From Pseudomonadota bacterium (GTDB taxonomy: Bacteria; Bdellovibrionota_B; Oligoflexia; Oligoflexales; RGVZ01), in NCBI GenBank assembly GCA_041178085.1, contig JBEGVZ010000128.1, positions 1 to 47,081 of the forward strand: 47,081 nt of DNA. The letters are read 5' to 3'. This document shows positions 37,605-47,081 of the stretch, piece by piece. The position numbers and the translations under genes are program-made. The notes under the pieces were generated by a model. The model did not search any database. It was given only the letters and a program-made list of their open reading frames with translations, and had not been told where the DNA came from. Numbering within the stretch: the stretch's first letter is position 1; each line of letters starts with the position of its first letter.

Positions 37605-38792
37605 TCAGTTGTCCGTGATCGGAGCACCAGCGTCCACCCAGCGCCCGAGAATTTGGCGTTCCTCTTCCGTGATGTTCGTCTTGTTCCCAAACGGCATTGT
37701 GTGGGAGTCGACTGCGCGGAATTTGATGCGCGCTGCGAATGCCTGGGCAGTGCGTGGGTCGTCAAACATCATTCCTGCCGGTGCTACCGTGAACACATCG
37801 TCGGTCGGATTTTGCGAGTGGCATGTCGTACACCGTGTCTGGATGATCCCCCAGGCTTCCGAGAACTTTGGTGGTGGCGAACCGTCCCCAGACGCTTTTT
37901 TCGGGGCTGCAGTCACAATGATAGCGGAGAGGACTGCGATCACTGGCAGCGCCAGCCAAGCGACCCGGGGTTTGGCGATGATCTGCATGTGCCGGATTGC
38001 CCCGCCGACAAAAGTCATTCCCAGCAGGATCACCCAGCTCCACGGTCCGGAGTAGGTGGACGGGAAGTGGTTGCTGATCATGATGAACAGGACAGGCAGG
38101 GTCATGTAGCTGTTGTGGACACTGCGCGTTTTTGCGGCCTTGCCCAGGTTGTAATCCGGGGTGCGGCCCTCCCGGGTGGCGTCGATCATGGACTGTTGGG
38201 CTGGCAAGATCCGCACCCAGACGTTCAGAACCATGATCGTGCCAAACATGGCCCCGACGTGGATAAACGCACCACGCCCGGTGAAGATCTGGCTCAGCCC
38301 CCAGGAGATCGCGGCCGTTGCTGCGTAGCAGATGGCCAAGGCAAAAGTAGAGTGTTCCTTTGCAAAACGGGATTTCCATAGCAAATCGTAGAGGATCCAG
38401 GTCGCAGCCAGCACGCCAATCCCAATGGCCGATGCCGTTCCGTGGCCAATACTGGTCTTGGCCGGGTTGATCAGGTAGGCCGAGTCGGACAGGTAGTACA
38501 CGACCGCAAGCAGCGTGATACCACTCAGCCAGGTGAAAGTGGCCTCCCACTTGAACCAGTGCAGGACCGAGGGCATGGACCCGGGGCCGATCAGGCGCTT
38601 CTCAACCTGATAGAAGCCGCCACTGTGGACCATCCAAAGCTCTCCCTCAACCCCCTCCCGGGGCTTGGCTGGTGCCTCCAGGGCCTTGTCCAACCACATG
38701 AAATAAAAGGAGCTTCCGATCCAGGAGATGCCGGCTACCAGGTGAAACCAGCGCAGGGCAAGATTAAGCCATTCTGAGAGGTAAGAATTCAT
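37605..38792 (-). CDS. puuD: Urate hydroxylase PuuD (membrane domain plus C-terminal cytochrome c)
   Basis: LRWFHLVAGISWIGSSFYF, W.VHSGGFY, LHWFKWEA, RSVHNSYMTLPVLFIMISNH, CTTCH heme motif, MP.GN.T. Confidence 0.95.
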   Translation of the reverse strand: MNSYLSEWLNLALRWFHLVAGISWIGSSFYFMWLDKALEAPAKPREGVEGELWMVHSGGFYQVEKRLIGPGSMPSVLHWFKWEATFTWLSGITLLAVVYYLSDSAYLINPAKTSIGHGTASAIGIGVLAATWILYDLLWKSRFAKEHSTFALAICYAATAAISWGLSQIFTGRGAFIHVGAMFGTIMVLNVWVRILPAQQSMIDATREGRTPDYNLGKAAKTRSVHNSYMTLPVLFIMISNHFPSTYSGPWSWVILLGMTFVGGAIRHMQIIAKPRVAWLALPVIAVLSAIIVTAAPKKASGDGSPPPKFSEAWGIIQTRCTTCHSQNPTDDVFTVAPAGMMFDDPRTAQAFAARIKFRAVDSHTMPFGNKTNITEEERQILGRWVDAGAPITDN

Positions 38793-38916
38793 GGCTAAAC
38801 CTTGGCAAAACCGAAGCTTAAACGCAATTGAAAATCCGGCGTGGATACGATACGACCCCGGTCGCCCTGTCAGTTTTTCAAATTCGAATTCCTGGAACCT
38901 CTAAACCCTGCGGGGG

Positions 38917-40476
38917 GTGCTTGTGGATTTTTTGAGGTATGTGGACCTGATCATTGTCGGAATCACGATGGCGATCGTGGTCAGCCTTTACTTCCTTAAC
39001 AATCCACTCAAGCACAGCAAAAAGTTCATGTGGCACCGCTTCGTGAACTGGTTCGCGCTCGGCATGACTTACGCGTTCCTTTACATGGCTCGTTATAACC
39101 TGAGCGTATCGAAGAACGCTCTGGGCGATCTGATGACCAAAAAGGACTTTGGACTGATCTTTGGGGTCGGGACTTTTGCCTATGGACTCAGTTTCCTGAT
39201 CACGGGCCCCATGGTGGACCGGATGGGTGGACGGAAAGGGATGCTCTTCGCGGCCATCGGATCTTCCTTTGCGAACATCCTGATGGGGGCTGTTCTTTTC
39301 TACTTCCTGCACGGCGGGCGGGCGATCAACCTGACCCTGACGATGGCGATTCTCTATTCCCTGAACATGTTCTTCCAGAGCTACGGCGCGGTTTCGATCA
39401 TCAAGGTCAAGGCCTATTGGTTCCACGTCCGGGAACGCGGTCTTTTCGGTGCAATTTTCGGGACATTGATCTCTTTCGGTGTCTACTTCGCGTTTGACTG
39501 GGGGCAGGCGATTGCCGACGCCGTGAAATTGAACCCCACCGCGGAATTGTCGCCTTTCCAGCAATTCCTGCGGACGGCCTTTGCGGTCGAGATGGGCCGG
39601 ACCGATGCTTTCTGGTTCGTGTTCTTTATCCCGGCGCTGCTTTTGATCTTCTGGGCACTCATCGATGCATGGCTTCTGAAAGATTCACCAGCTCACGCGA
39701 AGTTCGGCGACTTCGATCCGCACGATGCCTCCAGTGACGACGGAGAGGTTGACCTGGCGGTCAAAGCCCTGCTCAAAAAGATTTTTACCAATCCTGTCCT
39801 TCTGACCATTGCTTGCGTTGAATTCACGTCGGGGGTCCTGCGCAACGGAATCATGCAGTGGTATTTTGTGTTCGCGAAGGAAGTCCCCCAGATTGGTGCG
39901 GAGTTTTTCCTGAAGCATTGGGGCCTGTTGATCTGCATGACCGGCATTGTCGGCGGATTCACCGCAGGGATCTTGTCCGATCGCCTGTTCCAGTCCCGCC
40001 GTGGTCCCCCTGCCGCCATCATGAGTGGTTCGATGGTGGTCCTGACCGGTTTGATGATCTACGCCATTCCCGATCATCCTGTGCTGCTGGGTGCTTGTGC
40101 CATCACCATGATTCTGTCCGTGATTGGCGTTCATTCGATCATGTCGGGGACAGCTGCGGCAGATTTCGGGGGCCGCAAGGCCACCGCAACCGCTTCGGGC
40201 ATTGTGGACGGCTGTGTGTACCTGGGCAGCGGACTGCAGTCGATTTCCCTGGGGTACCTGACTACCAAAAACTGGGCCTACTGGCCGATGTTCCTGTTTC
40301 CGTTTGCGGTTCTTGGTACGGTTTTCGCGTGGCAGATCTGGCATCAACTGCCAGAGGCAACCAAGCGTTACTTGCGCACGGTTGAAAAGGTCAACGTGGC
40401 CGCAGACAAGCCAAAACGCAAGCGTCGCGGCGGAAAGGCTGCCGGTATCGGCAAGGCCAGGACCAACGACGCGTGA
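38917..40476 (+). CDS. MFS transporter, GlpT/UhpT (OPA)-like
   Basis: YAFLYMARYNLS, G.MVDRMGGRK, WF..RERG, AG.LSDRLF..RRGP, ATASG.VDG..Y.G. Confidence 0.85.
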   Translation: MLVDFLRYVDLIIVGITMAIVVSLYFLNNPLKHSKKFMWHRFVNWFALGMTYAFLYMARYNLSVSKNALGDLMTKKDFGLIFGVGTFAYGLSFLITGPMVDRMGGRKGMLFAAIGSSFANILMGAVLFYFLHGGRAINLTLTMAILYSLNMFFQSYGAVSIIKVKAYWFHVRERGLFGAIFGTLISFGVYFAFDWGQAIADAVKLNPTAELSPFQQFLRTAFAVEMGRTDAFWFVFFIPALLLIFWALIDAWLLKDSPAHAKFGDFDPHDASSDDGEVDLAVKALLKKIFTNPVLLTIACVEFTSGVLRNGIMQWYFVFAKEVPQIGAEFFLKHWGLLICMTGIVGGFTAGILSDRLFQSRRGPPAAIMSGSMVVLTGLMIYAIPDHPVLLGACAITMILSVIGVHSIMSGTAAADFGGRKATATASGIVDGCVYLGSGLQSISLGYLTTKNWAYWPMFLFPFAVLGTVFAWQIWHQLPEATKRYLRTVEKVNVAADKPKRKRRGGKAAGIGKARTNDA

Positions 40477-40907
40477 AAGTGACCCGGTCTGTGTACTCCA
40501 AAAGGTGGCAGTTGTATCTCGCAGCTGCCGCTTTTTTTTTCATCCTGTTCGAGCGCAGAGCGGCGATGGTCGTTTTGGTCCAGGATGTCATTTCGCACTT
40601 TAACCAGGTTTCTGATCGGATTGAGCTCGCCGGAAGTTCGATCATTCGGTTAGACATGCTGCCGCCTGAGGCAGCCGCAATCTGCGAATTTTTGAATGAC
40701 CAGAAGGTGGGTCGCTACGACCTTGATCCGCGTTTATTCGTGGACAACGGTAACGCGCTGCAGAGGACGATCGATACTTGCTGGCCGAAGCGTCTTGTGA
40801 AAGGTGCTCGCCACAGGTTCATACCTGCCGGGGTTGATTTCCAGGAGCCTGGTTGCCGCGTTGAGGAAATTGGCAGGGGTGTGGCGCATGTTGCCTGCGA
40901 ACAGTGA
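40473..40907 (+). CDS. Hypothetical membrane-anchored protein
   Basis: GTGA overlap with the MFS stop, N-terminal TM, QR.....WP.R motif. Confidence 0.55.
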   Translation: MKVTRSVYSKRWQLYLAAAAFFFILFERRAAMVVLVQDVISHFNQVSDRIELAGSSIIRLDMLPPEAAAICEFLNDQKVGRYDLDPRLFVDNGNALQRTIDTCWPKRLVKGARHRFIPAGVDFQEPGCRVEEIGRGVAHVACEQ

Positions 40908-42288
40908 TGTTGTTGCTTTGACCCTGGTGCAGGCAACGCTGATTCCCTGGTTGGGTGGAATCGCACTGCTGAGGATGTTCAGAAAAAACCTGTTCTATCC
41001 TTCATTTCCCTGGACTTCGTTTGCCGGTCTACCCCTCGCGACAGGCCTGCTGCTGCGTTATGCCGTAGAACTTCTCACGGGCAACAGTCTTTACGCGGAT
41101 ATCATGTGCCTTGCCACTGCTGTTGCTGGCGCTTTGCCTGCTCTTGAGATGTCCAGGTCGGTCGTTGCAAGCCGCTTTGTCCTTGCGTGGCGATACATTT
41201 GGTTGTTTCCGGTTTTTTGTCTGATGATTTCCTGGCTGTCGGTGGTGTCTCCAATTTTAATGGGTGATGCCAAGGTCATGTGGTTTTTCCACGGCAAGAT
41301 GATCTTCTTTGCCAAGGGGATCAACATGGCGGCCGGTTTTGACGATCCATCGGTTGTATTCAGCCATCCGGATTATCCCAAGCTGGTTGCGACCACCGGC
41401 GCCGCAATTGCGAACATTGCAACTTTCTGGAACGACTATTTGCCGAAGTTTTCGGTGGCGCTGGTACAACTTCCCGTTTTTGCCTTCTTTTGCGATCTGA
41501 TCAGCGCAGGTCAGCCTCTCCTGGGGCTGGTCCTTCTGATATCAGGAACGTCTGCCGCCGGGACGCTCCTCTATAACGGTTACATGGATGGCCTCCTTGG
41601 ACTTTGGTTGACCGGTTTTCTTGGCGCCTTGTTTTGTCTGGTCGCTCCTACTCCAGGAAAATCCCGCCCGCCATCGGAACGTCGGGAATTGCCCGGGTTT
41701 TTCGCGGCCATGGCCTTGGTCATGTTGCCTCTTTTGAAATACGAGGGTTTGCCGCTCGCCCTGATTTTTGCGGGTGTCAGCGGTTTCCTGTTTCGCGGAC
41801 AAATTACTGCACGCCTGCGGGAGAAGCATTTCTTCAAGAATCACTCATACGCTTGTGCCGTCGCCGCGCTCGGGGTCTTTTGTTTTGCGATCTGGCGCCT
41901 GAATTGCCTGCGCTGGGGTCTTTCGAATGACCTGTCCGGAGATCTCCCATCCATGTTGCAAAGGCTACAAGGGCGGGTGGTTGATCCATCAGCCTGGCGG
42001 CTGTGTCTTGATTATTTTTCTGATTATTTTGCGCCACCGTGGCTGCTTGCAATCTCAGTAGCACTTGGACTTTTGATCAGGAAAAAAGGGGGCGATCAAG
42101 AGCAGGAAAAAGTTGTCATCACGTGTTTCGCGGGCGGCTTTCTTTACGTCCTGTTCTTGCTGTTTGTATACCTTGGCACGCACCACGATCTATTTTGGCA
42201 CTTGAACTTTTCATCTCTCCGGACACTCATGCCGGCCCAGAATGCCCTCATGGCCGGCTTTGGCTTGTTCATGCTTTCTCGCCGTTGA
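40888..42288 (+). CDS. Multi-pass membrane protein, probable GT-C glycosyltransferase
   Basis: D....W...GK, HPDYP, GYMD, KYEG motifs; more than 10 TM segments; ATG at 40888. Confidence 0.6.
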   Translation: MLPANSDVVALTLVQATLIPWLGGIALLRMFRKNLFYPSFPWTSFAGLPLATGLLLRYAVELLTGNSLYADIMCLATAVAGALPALEMSRSVVASRFVLAWRYIWLFPVFCLMISWLSVVSPILMGDAKVMWFFHGKMIFFAKGINMAAGFDDPSVVFSHPDYPKLVATTGAAIANIATFWNDYLPKFSVALVQLPVFAFFCDLISAGQPLLGLVLLISGTSAAGTLLYNGYMDGLLGLWLTGFLGALFCLVAPTPGKSRPPSERRELPGFFAAMALVMLPLLKYEGLPLALIFAGVSGFLFRGQITARLREKHFFKNHSYACAVAALGVFCFAIWRLNCLRWGLSNDLSGDLPSMLQRLQGRVVDPSAWRLCLDYFSDYFAPPWLLAISVALGLLIRKKGGDQEQEKVVITCFAGGFLYVLFLLFVYLGTHHDLFWHLNFSSLRTLMPAQNALMAGFGLFMLSRR

Positions 42289-43231
42289 GTCGTGACGACA
42301 GGAAATCCACTGCAGCACCGACTTCCTTTTCATCGAACAGGAAAGTCGCCACATGACCGAAGGTGACTTCCAGATACTCCACATCGACATTGTTTCTGCG
42401 GAGTTTGTCCACCAGGCGGCGTGACTGCTCCACTTCCACAATCCAGTCATGTTTGCCGTGGTACAGAAACACGGGCGGCAGCCCCTTCCGGACAAAGGTC
42501 ATCGGGGAGGCTTTTTTGTAGGTTTCCGGAATCTCAGAAGGCGGTTTGCCGAAGAATTTCTCGTAGTACTCATTGTAGTTACCGGCGGTCAGGTCGCTAG
42601 GTGTTCCTCCGGCAGCGACGGCTTGCACGGACAAGTCTGCCGGCTTTTTTGCGGCCGTGTCATGATCCGAGCCCCAGCGAAATATCTTTGCTGTCGGCGG
42701 TGCAGTGTCGTCAAGTCCGTCCGACGGGCGCGTGAAGGCCGCCATCAGGGCCAGATGGGCCCCGGCTGAATAGCCAAACAGGCAGAGTCGGGAGGCATCG
42801 ATGCCAAGGTCCGCAGCATTGGCCCGTACCCATCGGATTGCGTCTTTGGTGTCGTGAACAGCAGCAGGGAAGCGATGCTCAGGGGCAAGGCGGTACTTGA
42901 TATTGAGTGTGGCGAATCCACGCTCAGCAAGCCTTTGGGCGACAGACTCCATGTCCTTTTTGTCGCCTTTGTACCAGCCGCCCCCATGGATGACGATACA
43001 AGCGGGTGGTTTCCCGGCGCGCATGAGGGCTGGTGACCGGGACGGGTGCCAGTCGCCGCGCAGTTTGACTTTGGTCCTTTCAGCGAAAACAAGGTCTCTG
43101 ACGACATCTACATTTGCCGGCGAGGCTTTTGATCCGTCTCTTTTCGAGTCCCGCGTGCTGCTGTCAGTGACACAGCCAGCAAGCAGCGATCCAGTGAGGA
43201 GGCTGGCAGCAAAAATTTTTCCCGGCTTCAT
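42269..43231 (-). CDS. Alpha/beta hydrolase lipoprotein (HSL-like esterase)
   Basis: Lipobox LLAGC, HGGGW, YRLAPEH.FP, GYSAG, HG..D..V, GH. Confidence 0.88.
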   Translation of the reverse strand: MKPGKIFAASLLTGSLLAGCVTDSSTRDSKRDGSKASPANVDVVRDLVFAERTKVKLRGDWHPSRSPALMRAGKPPACIVIHGGGWYKGDKKDMESVAQRLAERGFATLNIKYRLAPEHRFPAAVHDTKDAIRWVRANAADLGIDASRLCLFGYSAGAHLALMAAFTRPSDGLDDTAPPTAKIFRWGSDHDTAAKKPADLSVQAVAAGGTPSDLTAGNYNEYYEKFFGKPPSEIPETYKKASPMTFVRKGLPPVFLYHGKHDWIVEVEQSRRLVDKLRRNNVDVEYLEVTFGHVATFLFDEKEVGAAVDFLSSRLNGEKA

Positions 43232-43650
43232 AACCAGTCGACCTTGATCAAGGACTCCACGTCAGCCAGCAAGCTCTTGTGCACGGGGCAGGTGTGGGCC
43301 GCGCGTTCGAGTTTTTCCCGGTCCGCGGGCGAAACCTTGGCTGCCTTTTCCGCGGGCACCGTGATGGTTGCAGTCAAGCGTCCAATTCGGCGAAAGGGGG
43401 CGTTAACCATGTCCTTGGTCACGGCGGCGTGCATGCCAGCCAGATCGATTTGCAAGCGCTGGGCAAGGATTCCCATCGTCGTCATCACACAGGCTCCGAG
43501 CGCTGTGGCGACCAGATCAGTTGGCGAGAAGGCTTCCCCCTTGCCGTGGTTGTCTGTGGGCGCATCGGTCACAAGGCTGCTTCCGGATGGTCCGTGGGTG
43601 GCCTTGCAACGGAGCTGTCCCTGGTAGTCGATTGAAATATGGACGGTCAT
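43228..43650 (-). CDS. OsmC/Ohr-family protein
   Basis: TDAP.DN.G.GEAFSPTDL...ALGAC, AHTCPVHKSL (two Cys). Confidence 0.9.
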   Translation of the reverse strand: MTVHISIDYQGQLRCKATHGPSGSSLVTDAPTDNHGKGEAFSPTDLVATALGACVMTTMGILAQRLQIDLAGMHAAVTKDMVNAPFRRIGRLTATITVPAEKAAKVSPADREKLERAAHTCPVHKSLLADVESLIKVDWL

Positions 43651-43800
43651 GAAAAAGTCTCCTGATGGAAGGGATCCCGCCAATGGATCTACTCCTTCCA
43701 GAGTAACCGTCCCAGTCCGACTTTCAAATTTAAAGTTTCTTTAAATTCAACTCACCCAGATCTTCACAAGGAGAGGGCATTCTGTTGGCAGGAGGTTTCC

Positions 43801-44721
43801 ATGCGAACTCTCTCTGCTGTTTTCCGGGAACTGCGCGGCCTGCGGTCATTGCAGGCGGAGCCGCGGCTTCTTCGCTTTCGTATCTCCCGGCCGGATGGTC
43901 GCACGCGGATCGATTTCATGGGTGCCGTGGACGGGGTCGCGGGTTTCAGGCCCGAAGGGAATCTAGTCATGTTCATTCACGGAGTCGACTACGCCAACGA
44001 GGGGGAGGCGGTATCTGACTTTGTCGGTCCCGTGGCCGATGCCTGTGGCCTTGGGGCTTCGCGACGGCAGGCCGATTTCTATCTGCTTGCCTGGAATTCA
44101 GTTCTGGTGTCATCCTTGGCGCGCAGCTTGATCGGTGTCAGCGTGGTCCGCCGCCTGAAGTTCTTTCTTGCCGCATCCCTTTGGTGGAGCTGTTTCTGGC
44201 GCGATGCCGAACGCAGGGCGGGAGATGCTGCCGCCTTTCTTGTTCCCTATTTGGAGAAGTGCTTCGGCGAAGGAATTGTCCCGACCGCGATCACCCACTC
44301 GGCCGGCTCTTTGGTCTGGGCTGGCGCCTTGACCAGGATGGCAGCCAAACACCCACCAGACTTCTTCACCAGGCACCAAATCGGACGTTGGTGGAACCTG
44401 CAGCCAGCCATTCCCTACGGTTCCTTCTGTGTCGGAGGCGAATATGCGCAAGTGGCTGGCCTTTACGCATCAGACCGCCCCAGGCATCTTGTCTGGTTTT
44501 CGCGCATGGATTTCATCCTTGCCGCAATGTACCGGCTGGCCAGGAAGGTTCCCGCCCTTGGGCAGTTTGGTAGCCGCAACCCGCACGTTCACCAGCGCGA
44601 TGTCACCTGGGTCGTCTGGGAAGCTCACGGTACAAATACGCTGTTCAGAGCATCAGGATGCTTTTTTGCCCGGGCCCGAAGCGCCATGCGCGTGGATGCC
44701 AGGATACTCGGGCTGCTGTGA
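43801..44721 (+). CDS. Alpha/beta hydrolase-fold protein (DUF900/DUF726-like)
   Basis: GGAGG RBS; FIHGV, ITHSAGS elbow, FS..D..L, ALG..G, terminal H. Confidence 0.6.
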   Translation: MRTLSAVFRELRGLRSLQAEPRLLRFRISRPDGRTRIDFMGAVDGVAGFRPEGNLVMFIHGVDYANEGEAVSDFVGPVADACGLGASRRQADFYLLAWNSVLVSSLARSLIGVSVVRRLKFFLAASLWWSCFWRDAERRAGDAAAFLVPYLEKCFGEGIVPTAITHSAGSLVWAGALTRMAAKHPPDFFTRHQIGRWWNLQPAIPYGSFCVGGEYAQVAGLYASDRPRHLVWFSRMDFILAAMYRLARKVPALGQFGSRNPHVHQRDVTWVVWEAHGTNTLFRASGCFFARARSAMRVDARILGLL

Positions 44722-44808
44722 CCAAGATCACGGAAAACTGCGCTTGAGCTTTTAAAAATTGCCAAGTAGACCGGTAGAAGACTTTTCTTCTGCACAACGA
44801 GGGTATTC

Positions 44809-45816
44809 ATGAAATTGCACGCGTCACTATGCGCCGCTGCGTTTGGTTTTTCTGGCCTGTGTTTTGCTGGTTCCTTCGATTACAAAATATACGAATTTGC
44901 TGCCAACGAGCGGAACTCCCCCTGCTTTGAAGCAGTTCAAAATATCGGTGCGCGCCTGGCACAACAGGCGGGGGTAGACGTTGTTTCGACTGCATGCGAA
45001 GTCAGCGTTTTCAATGATGCGCTGCTGGACGGTATTGTCACGTACCGGGCGGAAGAGCCTCTGGAAATGACCTCGTATGCCGATTGGAGCAATATCGGGA
45101 CCGAGGTCTTATCCCTTTACTCAGATGAGGCCTCCTGCGAGCAGGCCCTTGGTGGGCAAACGACACTGTTTGAGAGTGAGACGGGCTTGCGCTCCCATGT
45201 CGCTTACTGTCAGCCGCAATCATCATCAATGTTGAGCAAATCGTGGAAAATGCAGATTCAGGCGGCTGGCAAAGGCAGAAAAGAACACTTTTTTTCCGGT
45301 TTCAATGTGTCTGGAGAACCGGTGGAAGGGTACGAGGGGCTTCTTCAGCGGGTGACCAGCGAGCTTGATCGCAGGGGCATTGTGGTATCGAAGTCCGCGC
45401 TGGTTTCTGACTTTTTTTTGCGTCTTACGGTTGGCTACTATCACTCATCGCGCCAGACTTTTTACAACGACGAATTTCTTGTGGATGACGCGTCAATCTG
45501 CGCCAGCTACGTCGGGCGTGCGCAAAACTCATTTGCCAGCATCCAGAATCCGCCGGTTGCGGTCTATTGCAATAAAGTTCCAGCGGGCCATAAGGGTATT
45601 CGCTTGCACATCGCATCGATGGGCGAGGCCATCAGCGAACCCAATGGTTACCTGAACAAAACAGCGCCAGGCTTTTATGGGTCGATTGCGGAATGTGAGT
45701 CTGATCGCCCGGCACAAATGGATCAGAGCCGCCAAGGCGGACGTCAAGTTATTGAAGCCTTCTGCGCCCTTGATTTCAATCGCAGGGTGGTGATGCACCT
45801 CCTGGTCCAGGAATAA
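44809..45816 (+). CDS. Secreted Cys-rich hypothetical protein
   Basis: GAGG RBS, signal peptide, repeated C...(A/V)YC or FC modules. Confidence 0.65.
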   Translation: MKLHASLCAAAFGFSGLCFAGSFDYKIYEFAANERNSPCFEAVQNIGARLAQQAGVDVVSTACEVSVFNDALLDGIVTYRAEEPLEMTSYADWSNIGTEVLSLYSDEASCEQALGGQTTLFESETGLRSHVAYCQPQSSSMLSKSWKMQIQAAGKGRKEHFFSGFNVSGEPVEGYEGLLQRVTSELDRRGIVVSKSALVSDFFLRLTVGYYHSSRQTFYNDEFLVDDASICASYVGRAQNSFASIQNPPVAVYCNKVPAGHKGIRLHIASMGEAISEPNGYLNKTAPGFYGSIAECESDRPAQMDQSRQGGRQVIEAFCALDFNRRVVMHLLVQE

Positions 45817-45867
45817 AACCCTTTCCAGGAGTGTTCACCGGATATTCGGATGCGGGGATGGCAAGTC

Positions 45868-47058
45868 TTAGCGCACAGCTTCGAAAATTGCCGCAGCGCC
45901 CATCCCCGTGCCGATGCACATGCTGACCATGCCGTATTTTTGATTGTCCCTGTGCATACCATGGATCAGCGTCGCCGCCAGTTTTGCTCCGGTTGCCCCC
46001 AGCGGATGTCCCAAGGCGATCGCGCCGCCCGTCGGGTTGATGATCCCCTGGTTGAGTTTCAGCTCGCGAACGACGGCAAGCGCCTGGGCCGCGAACGCCT
46101 CATTCAATTCAATCCGCTCGATCTGGTCCTGCTTGATGCCGGCACGTGCCAGGGCTTTGGGAATTGCCGCGACGGGGCCGATTCCCATGATGCGCGGTGC
46201 GACACCTGCCACCGAGTAACCACAAAATCGCGCAACTGGTTTCAGATTGTGACGTGCGGCGAATTTTTCCGAGACAACAAGGCACATCGCGGCACCGTCA
46301 GACATTTGTGAGCTGTTACCGGCAGTTACGGAACCTCCCTGCAGGAATGCAGGCTTCAGTTTGGTCAGCGCGTCGAGCGTTGTATCCAGGCGTGCGCCCT
46401 CGTCGGTATCGAAAGAGCGCGTTTCTATTTTTGATTTTCCTTCGGGACCGGGTGTGCGGAAGGTAACTTCCACTGGCGCGATTTCGCTCTTGAACCATCC
46501 GCTTTCAATCGCCTTTACGGCTTTTTGGTGTGACTCCACGGAGAAACGGTCCTGGTCCTCGCGCGAGATTTTGTAGTCCTTCGCCACATTCTCTGCGGTC
46601 ATTCCCATGCCGAGGTAAAACTCAGGATGTTGGTCCATGACCGTGCGGCTGCCGACGACTTTGTGTCCCATCATCGGGATCATCGTCATCGACTCTGTGC
46701 CTCCTGCGAGGATGCAATCGGCGTCTCCCGCCTTGATACGGTCGGCCGCCATGGCAATCGTCTGGACCCCCGATGAGCAGAAGCGGTTCACAGTGACGCC
46801 CGGCACATGATCCGGCAATCCAGCAAGCAGCAGTGCAAAACGCGCAACGTTCATGCCTTGTTCGGCCTCTGGCATGGCGCAGCCTACGATCACGTCTTCG
46901 ACAAGCCCCGGATCAAGTCCGGGGTTGCGCGCCATCACCGCGCGGATGATGTCGGCACAAAGGTCGTCTGGGCGCTTGACCCGCAGGCTTCCTTTAAAAG
47001 CCTTGCCGATCGCAGAACGCAGCGGACTGACGATGTAAACGCCCTGGGTCTGGCTCAT
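45868..47058 (-). CDS. fadA: Acetyl-CoA C-acyltransferase (thiolase, FadA-like)
   Basis: NRFCSSG, TAGNSSQMSDGAA, NEAFAAQ, GGAIALGHPLGATG, MCIGTGMG. Confidence 0.93.
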   Translation of the reverse strand: MSQTQGVYIVSPLRSAIGKAFKGSLRVKRPDDLCADIIRAVMARNPGLDPGLVEDVIVGCAMPEAEQGMNVARFALLLAGLPDHVPGVTVNRFCSSGVQTIAMAADRIKAGDADCILAGGTESMTMIPMMGHKVVGSRTVMDQHPEFYLGMGMTAENVAKDYKISREDQDRFSVESHQKAVKAIESGWFKSEIAPVEVTFRTPGPEGKSKIETRSFDTDEGARLDTTLDALTKLKPAFLQGGSVTAGNSSQMSDGAAMCLVVSEKFAARHNLKPVARFCGYSVAGVAPRIMGIGPVAAIPKALARAGIKQDQIERIELNEAFAAQALAVVRELKLNQGIINPTGGAIALGHPLGATGAKLAATLIHGMHRDNQKYGMVSMCIGTGMGAAAIFEAVR

Positions 47059-47081
47059 GGGAAAAAACTCCTTCTGCCCAG

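Noticed and set aside
38793..38916. Purine or xanthine riboswitch upstream of puuD
   Set aside because: No recognisable aptamer consensus or stable fold by eye; an Infernal scan would be needed to exclude it.

Overview
Gene-dense bacterial chromosomal window. The many orphan secreted lipoproteins and orphan family-3 solute-binding proteins suggest an Oligoflexia/Bdellovibrionota-like organism (inference only). The standout is one uninterrupted ~1579-aa ORF (2156-6895) fusing malate synthase, OHCU decarboxylase, a beta-lactamase-family SxxK serine hydrolase and allantoicase. The serine hydrolase occupies exactly the pathway slot of allantoinase, so it may be a non-homologous allantoinase inside a purine-catabolic polyprotein. 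The upstream steps (puuD, uraH) and an HpcH/CitE-fold lyase lie at 35.8-38.8 kb, and an NCS1 purine/cytosine permease ends at the left edge. A tandem pair of ~170-bp elements at 23573-23933 has perfect 25-bp terminal inverted repeats and a strand-specific multi-hairpin interior. Other content: gmd/fcl with GT2 and GT-C-like glycosylation genes, a yeast-type cytosine deaminase coupled to pyrD, a run of secreted proteins and peptidases, truC, an FeS-free (6-4) photolyase-like gene, apaG, a carbonic anhydrase-nhaR-terC-sulP module, a degenerate exonuclease-WYL fusion, a circularly permuted ATP-grasp enzyme, an MFS transporter, OsmC and a thiolase. I saw no rRNA, tRNA, CRISPR array or transposase. 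All family calls come from motif recognition by eye; no searches were run.
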